Below are positions 25,509 through 34,935 of a stretch of DNA of 64,000 bases, in pieces. The notes under the pieces were generated by a model that worked only from the letters and a program-made list of their open reading frames with translations, made no database searches and was not told the origin of the DNA. This DNA is from Candidatus Brocadiia bacterium (lineage in GTDB: Bacteria > Planctomycetota > Brocadiia > CAIUPP01). The stretch is from the NCBI GenBank assembly GCA_050015075.1, contig JBEKCB010000016.1:34939-98938 (forward strand), written 5' to 3'. A program made the translations under genes and the position numbers. Numbering within the stretch: the first letter of the stretch is position 1; each line of letters opens with the position of its first letter.

Positions 25509-27355
25509 TCAGTCTTCCCTCCGTAAGCCATGGCGGCGCGAACGGGTTCTTTCATCAGGCTGCGGCAGTCGCCGACCAGGCGGCAGGCTTGCGCGCGGGT
25601 CTCGTCGTCCTTCGCCATGGCGGCGACCGCCGTGGCCTTCTCCAGCGCGGGTTCCACGAGGCCGGAGCCGAAAGCGGCCTGGGCGGCCAGGAGCAGCACC
25701 TGCGGATCCGCGTCGTACTTGTACGGCCAGCGCGGTTCAGCCATCAGCGCGAGCACGCGCTCGTACTGGCCGTTCTGGAGATAATTCCGGGCCAGGCTGA
25801 TGAGGATGGGCTCCATCTCGGCGGGCGCGGGCGAGGAGGCCGGCATCAGCTTCAACACGTCCTCGGCCCTGACGTAGAGCCCCATTTGAAGATACGCCTG
25901 GGCCATCCGGACCGGCGCCAGCCGCAACATCGTCCCTTCCGGGAACCGGCTCACGGCGCCGCGATAGACCTCCAGCGCCGCGACGGTATTCCCTTCCGCC
26001 AACTGCGAATCGCCCAGCGCATAGAGCGCGCGCTCGGCCAGGGCTGCGTCGGCCGATTTCTCGTAGACCTCCTTGAGCCGCACGCGCGCGGGACCGAACT
26101 GCTTGAGCTTCATCTGGCAATCGGCCATGGCCAGGTTGAGCTCGTCCCGCCGCGGGAACGAAGCGTAATTCTGCTCGATGATTTCGAGTTGGGCCACCGC
26201 CTGGTCGTAGTGCTCCTGCTGCTCCAGGCACTCCGCCAGCCGCATCCGCGCGAAGGGGGCCGAGTCGCTCTTCGGCCATTGCCGGATGGTCTCCTCGAGC
26301 ACCGGCATCGCCTCGTCGGACTTGTGCTCCTTGATCCAGGTCTCGGCGATCATCACCATGACCGCCGGCGCCTGCTCCGCGCCGGGGAAGAGGTCGGCAT
26401 AACGATAGTAGGTCTTGCGCGCCGTCTCGTATTCCCGCAGCGCCTCGTAGCAATTCCCGATCAGCAGCAACGCGGATTCGACCACGTTCGCGGCGCCGTT
26501 CACGGAGTCGCGCGGCGCCGGGCCGTCCGCGGAGGAAGTCTTCTGCCAGCGGTCCAGAATATTCTGCGCCGTCTGGATGGCGGCCGTGGGAAAGTTATTG
26601 GCGGCATAATGCCGCGCGATGCCCAGGTACGCGGCCGGCGCCTCGGCGCTCGCCGGGTACTTGAAGAGCGCCTGTTGATACGCCTCCACGGCCAGTTCCC
26701 GCAGGCGCTTCTCGACAGGCCGGTCGCTCAGTGCGGTCAGCGGCGCGACCACGATTCCATCGCCGTCGGTCATCGCGTCCAGCGACTGCGTCCCCGCGGC
26801 GATCCGCAGCAACTCCGACATTTCCACGCCGTTCAGGTCCATCCACAGCCGGTTCAGCAGGCGCTCCTGCGGGACCTGGCGCGTCTCCAGCGGAAGCCCG
26901 GAGGTCTTCGACACGGCTTCGAGAACCTGCAGCAGGGAAACGTTCCGCGCTGAAATCGTGTAAATCAGGCCGTTATCCGCCTCGACGCGCTCGACGCGAA
27001 GGTTCTCCGACACCACCGAAGCCGGCACGTTGGCCAGCGACCGCTCGCGCGGAGCGGCGTCGGTGCCGTCGCGGGAGAGGTCCTGCCGCCGCTGCATACC
27101 TTCCTTCAAGTATTTCTCCATCTGGTGCAACTGCTGCTTCAACTGCTCCAGCCGGCCGGTCTCCACCTCCAATTGCACGTTGAGGTCCGCAGGGCCGCTG
27201 TCGGGCGCCGCGGCGCCGCCGGGTTTTTCGTCCGCGGCCGAGGCTGCGGCGCCGAAGGCGCTGAATGCAGCGACGATCAAAAGGCAGAATGCGAAATGCG
27301 GCGCGCGGAATACCAGTGGGCGAATTCCGGGCGTTCTTCGGGAGAACATGGTCAT
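25505..27355 (-). CDS. Exported multi-TPR protein with an STN-like N-terminal domain
   Basis: Signal/TM segment, short coiled coil, ISARNVSLLQVLEAVSK...GIVV (secretin/TonB N-domain pattern), then many TPR repeats. Confidence 0.85.
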   Translation of the reverse strand: MTMFSRRTPGIRPLVFRAPHFAFCLLIVAAFSAFGAAASAADEKPGGAAAPDSGPADLNVQLEVETGRLEQLKQQLHQMEKYLKEGMQRRQDLSRDGTDAAPRERSLANVPASVVSENLRVERVEADNGLIYTISARNVSLLQVLEAVSKTSGLPLETRQVPQERLLNRLWMDLNGVEMSELLRIAAGTQSLDAMTDGDGIVVAPLTALSDRPVEKRLRELAVEAYQQALFKYPASAEAPAAYLGIARHYAANNFPTAAIQTAQNILDRWQKTSSADGPAPRDSVNGAANVVESALLLIGNCYEALREYETARKTYYRYADLFPGAEQAPAVMVMIAETWIKEHKSDEAMPVLEETIRQWPKSDSAPFARMRLAECLEQQEHYDQAVAQLEIIEQNYASFPRRDELNLAMADCQMKLKQFGPARVRLKEVYEKSADAALAERALYALGDSQLAEGNTVAALEVYRGAVSRFPEGTMLRLAPVRMAQAYLQMGLYVRAEDVLKLMPASSPAPAEMEPILISLARNYLQNGQYERVLALMAEPRWPYKYDADPQVLLLAAQAAFGSGLVEPALEKATAVAAMAKDDETRAQACRLVGDCRSLMKEPVRAAMAYGGKTE

Positions 27356-28263
27356 TTCCCTTCAGTCCTAGTGCTTGCGTTATGCAGCGGTGTTTCACTT
27401 CCGGCCTTCGCAGGCGAAGCAACCGGGTCGGCGGACCGGCCGTTGGGCGGCGTCGGAAGGGACGGGTGAAGCGGCGCATCCAGCGACTCCGCTTCGGCCT
27501 CGTAGCATCGCGCCACGAAGAAATAGGCCCGCTCCACGCCGGGCTTATCCGCCGGGCTCAAGCGGTCCCGCGCGGCCATCAGCTCGTAAAGCACGCGGCG
27601 CGCCTGGGCGTAGCTCTTTTTCTGGAAAAGCAACTGCGCCGTTTCCATCGCCGCCGACGCAAAATAAGGGCTGCCGGGGAAACTGGTCTCGACAGTTTGG
27701 AATTCGGCCAGCGCGCCGTCGAACTTGCCGGTCTTCAGCAGGGACTGCGCGTAACGATAATGCGTTTCGTCGGTGAATGACCCGACCAGGTCCATTTCCA
27801 TCGCCGTGCGGAACGAAGTCGCGGCTTCCTGGAATTGTCCCTCGCGATAGCGCAGGTTCGCCGCGTCGAGAAGGCCGGAACTCTCGGGCGCCGGGCGTGG
27901 CGAGCGATCTCCGGCGGCGGAAGTGCTCGCGCCGCGCGCTTCGGAAGTCGCGATCTGCCGTTCCATCCGCCCGAGCGACTGCCGCAAATCCTCGAAAGCG
28001 GCTCTCTGCTCTCCGCGAGAGGCGGACCGGGATGACCAGTACAGCGCAAGGCTCGCCGAGGCCGCTGCGATCGCCAGGATCAGGAGCGCTGCGGCGGCGA
28101 ACAGAAGCCGCCATGAGCCAATGGCGAGCATAAGCCGCCACGAGCCTGGAACCGTGGCGCTGCCGCCTGCCGGGGTTTCAGGCTCTCCGCCCGCTTCATC
28201 TTTCTCCGCGGCTTCGCGGCTTGGCGGAAGAACTTCGGATTCGTTTTCAGATTTCTCGCCCAT
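27352..28263 (-). CDS. Inner-membrane-anchored coiled-coil plus TPR protein
   Basis: Acidic cytoplasmic N-terminus, one TM (LLFAAAALLILAIAAASASLALYW), coiled coil, TPRs (YREGQFQEA, FPGSPY). Confidence 0.85.
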   Translation of the reverse strand: MGEKSENESEVLPPSREAAEKDEAGGEPETPAGGSATVPGSWRLMLAIGSWRLLFAAAALLILAIAAASASLALYWSSRSASRGEQRAAFEDLRQSLGRMERQIATSEARGASTSAAGDRSPRPAPESSGLLDAANLRYREGQFQEAATSFRTAMEMDLVGSFTDETHYRYAQSLLKTGKFDGALAEFQTVETSFPGSPYFASAAMETAQLLFQKKSYAQARRVLYELMAARDRLSPADKPGVERAYFFVARCYEAEAESLDAPLHPSLPTPPNGRSADPVASPAKAGSETPLHNASTRTEGK

Positions 28264-28382
28264 ATGGCCTCTCTTTGCGTTCTTCGTGTCTTTCCGTCGG
28301 CACTCCCAACGTCGAGAAATTCATCAACCCGTCGAAAATCTGCGCGTCGGATACCGGGCATTCGCGATTGCCGGGACACTTA

Positions 28383-28398
28383 AGCAAAACGCATGCCC
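28383..28398 (-). promoter_or_regulatory. Sigma54 promoter of the TPR operon
   Basis: Minus strand reads GGGCATGCGTTTTGCT (GG-N10-GC); core is 13/14 identical to the flgB promoter. Confidence 0.75.
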
Positions 28399-28504
28399 TT
28401 CACTGCGCGCCCATCGCCGGGACGCCGACTCACCAAGAGAACATTGTGGCTGCGCTCGCAGATTGCCCTTGCTTGCGCCGGGCTGTCCCGGCGTCAAAAC
28501 GTTA

Positions 28505-28520
28505 CGGCACAGGTTTTGCG
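28505..28520 (+). promoter_or_regulatory. Sigma54 promoter of the lipoprotein-fliK-flgD-flgE operon
   Basis: CGGCACAGGTTTTGCG (GG-N10-GC). Confidence 0.8.
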
Positions 28521-28576
28521 AGACTGGCGGCTGCCTCGAAATCTTTTCCGCTCCATATGAGACAGGAGATGACCGG

Positions 28577-29188
28577 ATGCAGATAGCGATGCGAACCTGC
28601 ATAAGCGCCGCGATTTCCTTGACTGTGTTGCTGTTTTCCGGCTGCGCGGAGTTAATGCCGGCCCCGGTGAGCACCGCCAAGCTCGAAGAGCCCGTCGTCC
28701 AGCCGGAGCCGTGCGTCTCCACCGAGACGACTTCGCTGCAGCGTTACCAGGAACTGAGCCAGTCGTACGAAGCGGAGAAGACACGGTCCGCCGGGCTCGC
28801 CGCCGAGTTGGCCGAGCAGAAGACCGCCCGGCAGAAGGCCGAGACGGAAAACGAGGGTCTGCGCCACCAGGTAGAGTCCCTCACCGCGAAAGCCGCTGAG
28901 CTGGACCTGCTTAAAACAAAATTCGATGAAGTGCAGAAGACCGGCTTCGAGGTGGAGAACTCGCTCCGCGACGTCAAGCGGCAGCTCCTCGAAGAGCGCC
29001 TCGCCGGCGTCAAACGCGAAGAAACGATTGTGGCGTTGAAGATCGAGCGCGCCAAGGACTTGCGCAAGTCGCCGGTCGAGCGCGCATTGCAGCTCCCGGA
29101 GGAGAAACCTCCTCAGGACACCGCGACGGAAAAGCCGGTCTCGCAGAACGGGCCCGTTTCCGGGGGTAACGCCGTTGTCAATCCATAA
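28577..29188 (+). CDS. Coiled-coil lipoprotein
   Basis: Lipobox LLFSG|C followed by a long heptad coiled coil; AGGAG RBS. Confidence 0.8.
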   Translation: MQIAMRTCISAAISLTVLLFSGCAELMPAPVSTAKLEEPVVQPEPCVSTETTSLQRYQELSQSYEAEKTRSAGLAAELAEQKTARQKAETENEGLRHQVESLTAKAAELDLLKTKFDEVQKTGFEVENSLRDVKRQLLEERLAGVKREETIVALKIERAKDLRKSPVERALQLPEEKPPQDTATEKPVSQNGPVSGGNAVVNP

Positions 29189-29870
29189 ACTCGCGGTCAT
29201 CAGCCTGCTCCTCAGCGCCCTCTGCACCGGGTGCGCCACGTCGCCGCGGTCGCGGGTAACGATCCAGCGAGTGGCGACTTACATTTCCCCGGCGATGGCG
29301 GAGAATGCGCCGGGCCGGATCGTCGTGGTGCCTTTCGCGGCGCCGGCATGCGCGCCCGAGGCGGGCCACATGGCGACCGCGTCCCTCGCGATGGCGATCC
29401 AGGGCACGCTCTGCTGCGACACCGTGCTCCCGGCCGAGGGCGACGAGCGCCTCGCCGCCGAAAGCGCCCTCTGGCAGAGCGGGCGAGTGGATGTCGAGTC
29501 CCTCATCGTCGCGCAGAAAGCCTACCTGGCCGATGCCTTCCTCTTCGGCACGGTCACGCAATACAAACCTTACGACCCGCCGGCCCTCGGACTGAAACTC
29601 CGCTTGCTCTCCGCGCGCACCGGCGACGTCATCTGGGCCGCGGACGCGCTCTTCAACGCGCACGAGAGCGACGTGCGCGCCCTGGCCGAATGCTATTTTC
29701 GCAATTCCGGTTTGAAGGACCGCCTTTACGGGCCGGAACTTCAGCTCATGTCGCCGAAGCTCTTCGCCGACTTCGTCGCCGCGCAAGTGGTGCGGCCGCT
29801 CGGCGAACAGCTCAAGCGCAAGCGCGACGTGGCTTCCGCCGATCCGGCGCACTCGCACATGGAACGCTAA
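29175..29870 (+). CDS. Lipoprotein with CsgG/TolB-N/FlgO-like fold
   Basis: LCTG|C lipobox; IVVVPF...DAFLFGTVTQY...LKLRLLSARTGDVIWA alpha/beta pattern. Confidence 0.75.
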   Translation: MSIHKLAVISLLLSALCTGCATSPRSRVTIQRVATYISPAMAENAPGRIVVVPFAAPACAPEAGHMATASLAMAIQGTLCCDTVLPAEGDERLAAESALWQSGRVDVESLIVAQKAYLADAFLFGTVTQYKPYDPPALGLKLRLLSARTGDVIWAADALFNAHESDVRALAECYFRNSGLKDRLYGPELQLMSPKLFADFVAAQVVRPLGEQLKRKRDVASADPAHSHMER

Positions 29871-29880
29871 GGGAAGACTG

Positions 29881-31527
29881 ATGGACCGCGTCGCAACCAT
29901 GCTCCGACAGACGCCCCAGGCGAAGACGCCGCAGAACTCTTCGACCGCGGTGAAGACCGCGGCCGGCGATGCGGCCTCCGGCGGCGAGAATTTCTCCACC
30001 GCGCTCGCCGCGCTCAGGCAGAGCGGATCGGCCTCGCGCGCGAGCGGCGCCGACGCGAAACCGGGCGCGGATCCACAGGCCGCGTCCGTCACACCTAACG
30101 CCGCCGCCCCTTCTCAGTCTGGCGCGGCCACGCCGCAACTTCCGCCGGTCCAGTCCGCCGCGCAAACGGCGGCGGAAGCGCTCGCGGCGGAGGACTCCGG
30201 CAGCGCGGATGCCCGAAGCGCGACCGTTGCGCCGGCGACCGCGGACGCGCCTCAGCCAACCGACGAACCTGGCGCGCCATCCCCCAAGTCAGCACCCGGC
30301 ACGAAAGATTCCAAGAACGCGGACGCCCAAAGCGCGGCTGCGGCGAATTCAGCGGCTCAGTTGACGCAAGCCACTGACGCGCAGACCGCGGAAGTCGCGG
30401 CGTGCTCCAATTGGATTGAATCGGCGCCTGCGCCGCAGGACTCCAACAGCGCGGATGCCCCCAGTGCGGCCGCCGCGGCGACGCAGGCCGCTCCGTCTCA
30501 GCCGGCCGCTCCGAATGCGCGCCGCGCAGTCGCCGCCGCTATCGCCCAGGAAACTGAACTGACGACTTTGGACACCTCCGACTTGAGCGGCGCGAAAAAG
30601 GCAGCCGCTGCGTCGTCCGCGACCGAGACACCGGAGCAGTTGGCGCGTCCGAGCGACCCGGTTTCATCGCCGCACGCTGCCGCCGACCCTGCGCCGGCAA
30701 GCGAGGTTCGTGCAGAGGCGGTGGCGCTGCCGAACCAGGCCGGCCTGGCCGTCGCTCCGGCTGCGCCGGAACGGGCCGCGCAGAGCGCCAATCCGGCTTC
30801 GGCCGGATCGCCGCGCGCGGAAACGCCGGACCCGAGCCTCGCCGAGGACACCGTTCAGTCGTCCGTCAAAACGATCGCGGGTGCGGCGGAGGACGCCGCC
30901 ACCCGCGCGTTCTCCGCTCTCATGAACGACGCGACGACGGGTACTCACAAGCTATTGCAGGGCTTCACCGCCGATGCGCAAGGGCAGTCGCTCACCGCCG
31001 CGCATTCAGCCGCAGGCGCTTCCGCGGCTGCGGGAGTCGGCGCATCGCAGGAGAAGGCCGCGCCCGCGCAGACCAACGCGCCGGCCGAGCCGAAGAATTT
31101 CCTCGAGAATATCGTTCGCCAGACCCGCCTGCTCACCCGGCCCGACGGCGCCAGCGAATTGACGCTGAGTCTTCAACCGTCCGAGCTGGGGTCGGTGACC
31201 GTCCGCCTGACGCTCAAAGCCGGCCATCTCGACGGGCGTCTCCAGGTGGACAACCAGTCCGCGCGGGAGAGCCTGGAAAGCGTTCTTCCGCGCGTCAAGC
31301 AGGCCCTCGCCGGCGAAGGGATTGACCTGGACCGCCTGGAAGTGGCCGTGCGCGGCGACGGGTCCTCGCGCCAGGGCGGGCAGGATTCCGCGCGCAGCCG
31401 GCAGGCGTCTCAGGCCGGCAGCCGACTCAGCGGCGATGACATGACCATTGCGGCGCCGGTCGGCGCTTCGGCCGCCCTCGCGGGACGATCGGCGGCCGCG
31501 ACCGGGACTATGGATTTCATTGTTTGA
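29881..31527 (+). CDS. fliK: Hook-length control protein FliK
   Basis: Long Ala/Pro/Ser-rich region, C-terminal LSLQPSELGSVTVRL domain; upstream of flgD. Confidence 0.92.
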   Translation: MDRVATMLRQTPQAKTPQNSSTAVKTAAGDAASGGENFSTALAALRQSGSASRASGADAKPGADPQAASVTPNAAAPSQSGAATPQLPPVQSAAQTAAEALAAEDSGSADARSATVAPATADAPQPTDEPGAPSPKSAPGTKDSKNADAQSAAAANSAAQLTQATDAQTAEVAACSNWIESAPAPQDSNSADAPSAAAAATQAAPSQPAAPNARRAVAAAIAQETELTTLDTSDLSGAKKAAAASSATETPEQLARPSDPVSSPHAAADPAPASEVRAEAVALPNQAGLAVAPAAPERAAQSANPASAGSPRAETPDPSLAEDTVQSSVKTIAGAAEDAATRAFSALMNDATTGTHKLLQGFTADAQGQSLTAAHSAAGASAAAGVGASQEKAAPAQTNAPAEPKNFLENIVRQTRLLTRPDGASELTLSLQPSELGSVTVRLTLKAGHLDGRLQVDNQSARESLESVLPRVKQALAGEGIDLDRLEVAVRGDGSSRQGGQDSARSRQASQAGSRLSGDDMTIAAPVGASAALAGRSAAATGTMDFIV

Positions 31528-31539
31528 GAGGAGGAACTC

Positions 31540-31974
31540 ATGGCGACGACAGCCACGAGCAGCACAGGGCTGAGCTTGAACCCCAGCGCCTTTTTGAATC
31601 TGTTCGTCACCCAGCTCCAGTACCAGGACCCGACCGCGCCGATGGACCCCAGCCAGATGACGACCGTCCTCGCGCAGTTGACCACCGTCCAGGACCTCTC
31701 CAACCTGCAGACGAGTTTCCAGCAGAGCCTGGCGGACGGAATGATCGGCGACCAGGTGACTTACACCTCGACCTCGACCAGCGCGCCGCAGACCGGCACG
31801 GTGACGGCGTCCCAGGTTCAGAACGGGACGGTCGGCGTGCTCATCAGCGGCCAGTTTGTGCCCTTGAGCGCGGTCACGCAGATCGCGCCGACGGCGGCGA
31901 ACGGTGCTCAGGGCGCGAGTTCAACGAACAACACTCAGGGAACGGCCGCGACGAACGGCGCGCAGGGATCGTAA
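31540..31974 (+). CDS. flgD: Hook capping protein FlgD (short form)
   Basis: FLNLFVTQLQYQDPTAPMD. Confidence 0.94.
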   Translation: MATTATSSTGLSLNPSAFLNLFVTQLQYQDPTAPMDPSQMTTVLAQLTTVQDLSNLQTSFQQSLADGMIGDQVTYTSTSTSAPQTGTVTASQVQNGTVGVLISGQFVPLSAVTQIAPTAANGAQGASSTNNTQGTAATNGAQGS

Positions 31975-32024
31975 GGACATTCTATTCCCGCCGCCGGCGG
32001 GACTGTTTCTGAAAGGAGCGAACC

Positions 32025-33644
32025 ATGTCGTCCATCGGATCGAGTTTGACCGGCTTGCAGGCTGACCAGACCATGCTGGACGTGATCGGCAATAACCTGG
32101 CGAACGCCGACACCGCCGGTTTCAAGGCGTCGAGCGTCACCTTCTCGGAAGAGATCAGCCAGACGTTGAAGCAAGCCAGTGCCGGCAGCGGCAACATGGG
32201 CGGCACCAACCCGGTGCAGATCGGCCTCGGCGTGAATGTCGGCACGGTGAGCCGCGACTTCAGCCAGGGCGCCCTGACGGAGACCGGCAACACACTCGAC
32301 CTCGCCATGAACGGGGCTGGGTTCCTGGCGCTGAGCGATGGCAACGGCACCGTTTTCACTCCCTCCGCCAGTTTCAGCTTGAGTTCGAAAGATCAGATCG
32401 TGGATTCCCAGAACGGCTACGAGCTTCTGGATATCAATAACAACCCGATCACGATCCCCTACAATGTGCAGGTCCCGGCGCAACCGACAAGCTCCCTGAC
32501 ACTGGCCGGCAACCTGAGCGACAGCGTGTCCGTGCCCACCGCGGAAGTGCTCTCGACCACCACCCCGTTTACGACTGCCACGGGCGCCGCCACCACCTCA
32601 ACCGATCTGAGCGCCCTCAGCACGACCAGCACGCCCTACCAGTCCGGCGACACGATCGTGATCAGCGGCGCCGATGCCACCGGGAACGCCTTGACGCCGG
32701 TGGACTTCACCTACGGCGCCGCGAACGACGGCACGACGCTGGGCGACCTGATCAACAAGATCAACACCGCCTACGCCGGCCAGGCCACCGCCTCCCTCGA
32801 CGCGCAAGGCAACCTGAAGTTGACCGCCGACACCGCCGGCGCCGCCAGCCTGGCCCTGACGATCTCCGCCGGAACTAGCACCGGCGTGACCGACTGGACG
32901 GCGAACGCATTGACGGTCGCTACCACCGGCGCGGCCGGCGGGACTTACGAGGTGACCTCGGACATCTACGACAGCCTGGGCAATTCGCACACCCTGACGA
33001 TGACGTTCACGCGAAGCGACCAGTCCGATTGGAACATGACCGCCTCGCTGGGCGACAGCGCCGGGACGGTGACCCAGGCTGCGGTGAACGGCATCCGATT
33101 CAACACCGACGGCTCGTTCAGCAGCGTCACGGGCGGCAGCGGCGCGCAGCAGATCGCGATCAGCTATAACACCGGCGCGGCGCCGCAGACGATCAATCTG
33201 TCGCTCGGCTCCTCCGGCGCTTTCAACGGCCTGACGCTCTTCGGCGGCAATTCCACGGCGTCCGCCACGAACCAGAACGGCTATGCCTCCGGCTCGCTCA
33301 GTTCCTACAGCATCGGCAGCGACGGCACGATCAAGGGCGTCTACTCCAACGGCGTCACCAGCAACATAGCGCAGATCCAGACGGCGACGTTCGCGAACCC
33401 CAACGGCCTCACCGACCTCGGCTCGGGCTGCTGGGGCGCGACGGCGAACTCGGGCGACCCCGTATTCGGCGCGGCCACCTCCAGCAGCACCGGCTCGCTC
33501 GCCAGCGGCTCCACCGAAGCCTCCAACGTGGACACCGCCACGCAGTTGAGCGAACTCATCATCGCGCAGAACAGTTACGAGATCAACGCGAAAGCGATGT
33601 CGGTGAGCGACCAGGTCATTCAACAGCTCACGCAGATCATCTGA
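32025..33644 (+). CDS. flgE: Hook protein FlgE
   Basis: LDVIGNNLANADTAGFK, GGTNPVQIGLG, FANPNGL, EASNVD. Confidence 0.97.
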   Translation: MSSIGSSLTGLQADQTMLDVIGNNLANADTAGFKASSVTFSEEISQTLKQASAGSGNMGGTNPVQIGLGVNVGTVSRDFSQGALTETGNTLDLAMNGAGFLALSDGNGTVFTPSASFSLSSKDQIVDSQNGYELLDINNNPITIPYNVQVPAQPTSSLTLAGNLSDSVSVPTAEVLSTTTPFTTATGAATTSTDLSALSTTSTPYQSGDTIVISGADATGNALTPVDFTYGAANDGTTLGDLINKINTAYAGQATASLDAQGNLKLTADTAGAASLALTISAGTSTGVTDWTANALTVATTGAAGGTYEVTSDIYDSLGNSHTLTMTFTRSDQSDWNMTASLGDSAGTVTQAAVNGIRFNTDGSFSSVTGGSGAQQIAISYNTGAAPQTINLSLGSSGAFNGLTLFGGNSTASATNQNGYASGSLSSYSIGSDGTIKGVYSNGVTSNIAQIQTATFANPNGLTDLGSGCWGATANSGDPVFGAATSSSTGSLASGSTEASNVDTATQLSELIIAQNSYEINAKAMSVSDQVIQQLTQII

Positions 33645-33683
33645 TGGGACCGCAGGAAGACCCGAACTCGAAATGAGAGAGAC

Positions 33684-34901
33684 ATGAACGACTGGCACCA
33701 AACCCTCGGACCGGTGTTGAACTCAGACGCCCCGCTGAGCCGCGCAGGCGTGATCGGCGCAGCGGTCTGCGTGGTCTGGGGCGCGGCCGTCGCCGCCTGG
33801 TGCGCTGCCAAGCTGCGCCGGCGCTGGTCGGGCAGAAACCGCTTCGTCCGGCAGGCCCTCGAGCGCGGCTTCGATCACCCGGAGGCGATGGCTCTCTGGC
33901 GCATCGCCCGTTTTTCGCCCGAGGGCGACACGCGCGAGGCCATCCTGGCTTCGTGCGAGGCGTTCGACCGCTGCCTGCGCGCGGCGGAAGATGCCACCGG
34001 CGACGACCCGGTCCTGCGGCCCGAGTATCTCGCCGGTTCCGTGACGAGTTCCCTGCGGCGCAAGTACGGCAATACGCGCCGGGCGCGCCAGCGCATCGGC
34101 GACACGCACGAGATCGAACCGAACCAGCCGGTGCGCGTCCGCCTCGGCCCTTCGAACACGACGTTCGAGTCCTTCGTTCTGGACGTCGCGCAGGAAAGCC
34201 TGCAATTATCGCTGCCCGCCGACGTGAAGCTGCCGCCCGCAATGGAGCTGGCGGATTGCCCGGCGACCATGTCGTTCTGGCGCCCGCACGACGCGCGGTA
34301 CGAGTGCACGGCCCGCGTGACGCGCGGCGAGACCTCGCACCGCGACCGGCGCCTGGTGCTTTCCCACGCTGCATTGAACCGCGTGCAGGAGCGCGAGCAC
34401 GTGCGCGTCCGCTGCCGCCTGGAAGTCCGCCTCGGCGTGGGCGAACCGACGACGGCCGGAAACGCCTTTGGCCGCACCGGCGAACCGGAACTGCCGTTCG
34501 TCGCGATGCTGCACGATCTCAGCAACGGTGGCGCTTCGATCGTCACCGACAAGCCGATGGCGCCCGGGACGCTGGTGTTCGTGCGCGTCCCGCTGTTGAG
34601 GAAACCCTGGTCGCTGACGCTGGCGGCGCGGGTGCTCCGCCAGGGCCTGCTGGGCGGCACGTCGAACGCATCGTGGCAGAGTTCGCTCCGGTTCGAGCCG
34701 CTTTCGGCGCGGACCGAGAACCACCTCAGCCGCTTCATCGCGGACCTGCAGCAGCGCCTCATCTCGCGCATGCTCGCCCGCGCCGGATCCGAGGAGCGGC
34801 CGGAAACGCGGGACTGGGAGTCTCCGGTCCATGAACCGGACGACGAAGAGCCGAAACTGGAACCCGCGCGGCAGTTGGAGACGGCGGGTTGGGAGATTTG
34901 A
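33684..34901 (+). CDS. Membrane-anchored YcgR-like (PilZN plus PilZ) c-di-GMP receptor, putative flagellar brake
   Basis: N-terminal TM; QEREHVR (RxxxR) and DLSNGG (DxSxxG) PilZ motifs. Confidence 0.85.
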   Translation: MNDWHQTLGPVLNSDAPLSRAGVIGAAVCVVWGAAVAAWCAAKLRRRWSGRNRFVRQALERGFDHPEAMALWRIARFSPEGDTREAILASCEAFDRCLRAAEDATGDDPVLRPEYLAGSVTSSLRRKYGNTRRARQRIGDTHEIEPNQPVRVRLGPSNTTFESFVLDVAQESLQLSLPADVKLPPAMELADCPATMSFWRPHDARYECTARVTRGETSHRDRRLVLSHAALNRVQEREHVRVRCRLEVRLGVGEPTTAGNAFGRTGEPELPFVAMLHDLSNGGASIVTDKPMAPGTLVFVRVPLLRKPWSLTLAARVLRQGLLGGTSNASWQSSLRFEPLSARTENHLSRFIADLQQRLISRMLARAGSEERPETRDWESPVHEPDDEEPKLEPARQLETAGWEI

Positions 34902-34935
34902 CGCCTTGACGGCGATTTGAAGAGGAACCGTACCG

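Noticed and set aside
27923-28576. N-terminal 218 aa of the 421-aa ORF
   Set aside because: Overlaps the TPR gene antisense and the divergent promoters. The lipoprotein signal starts at 28577.
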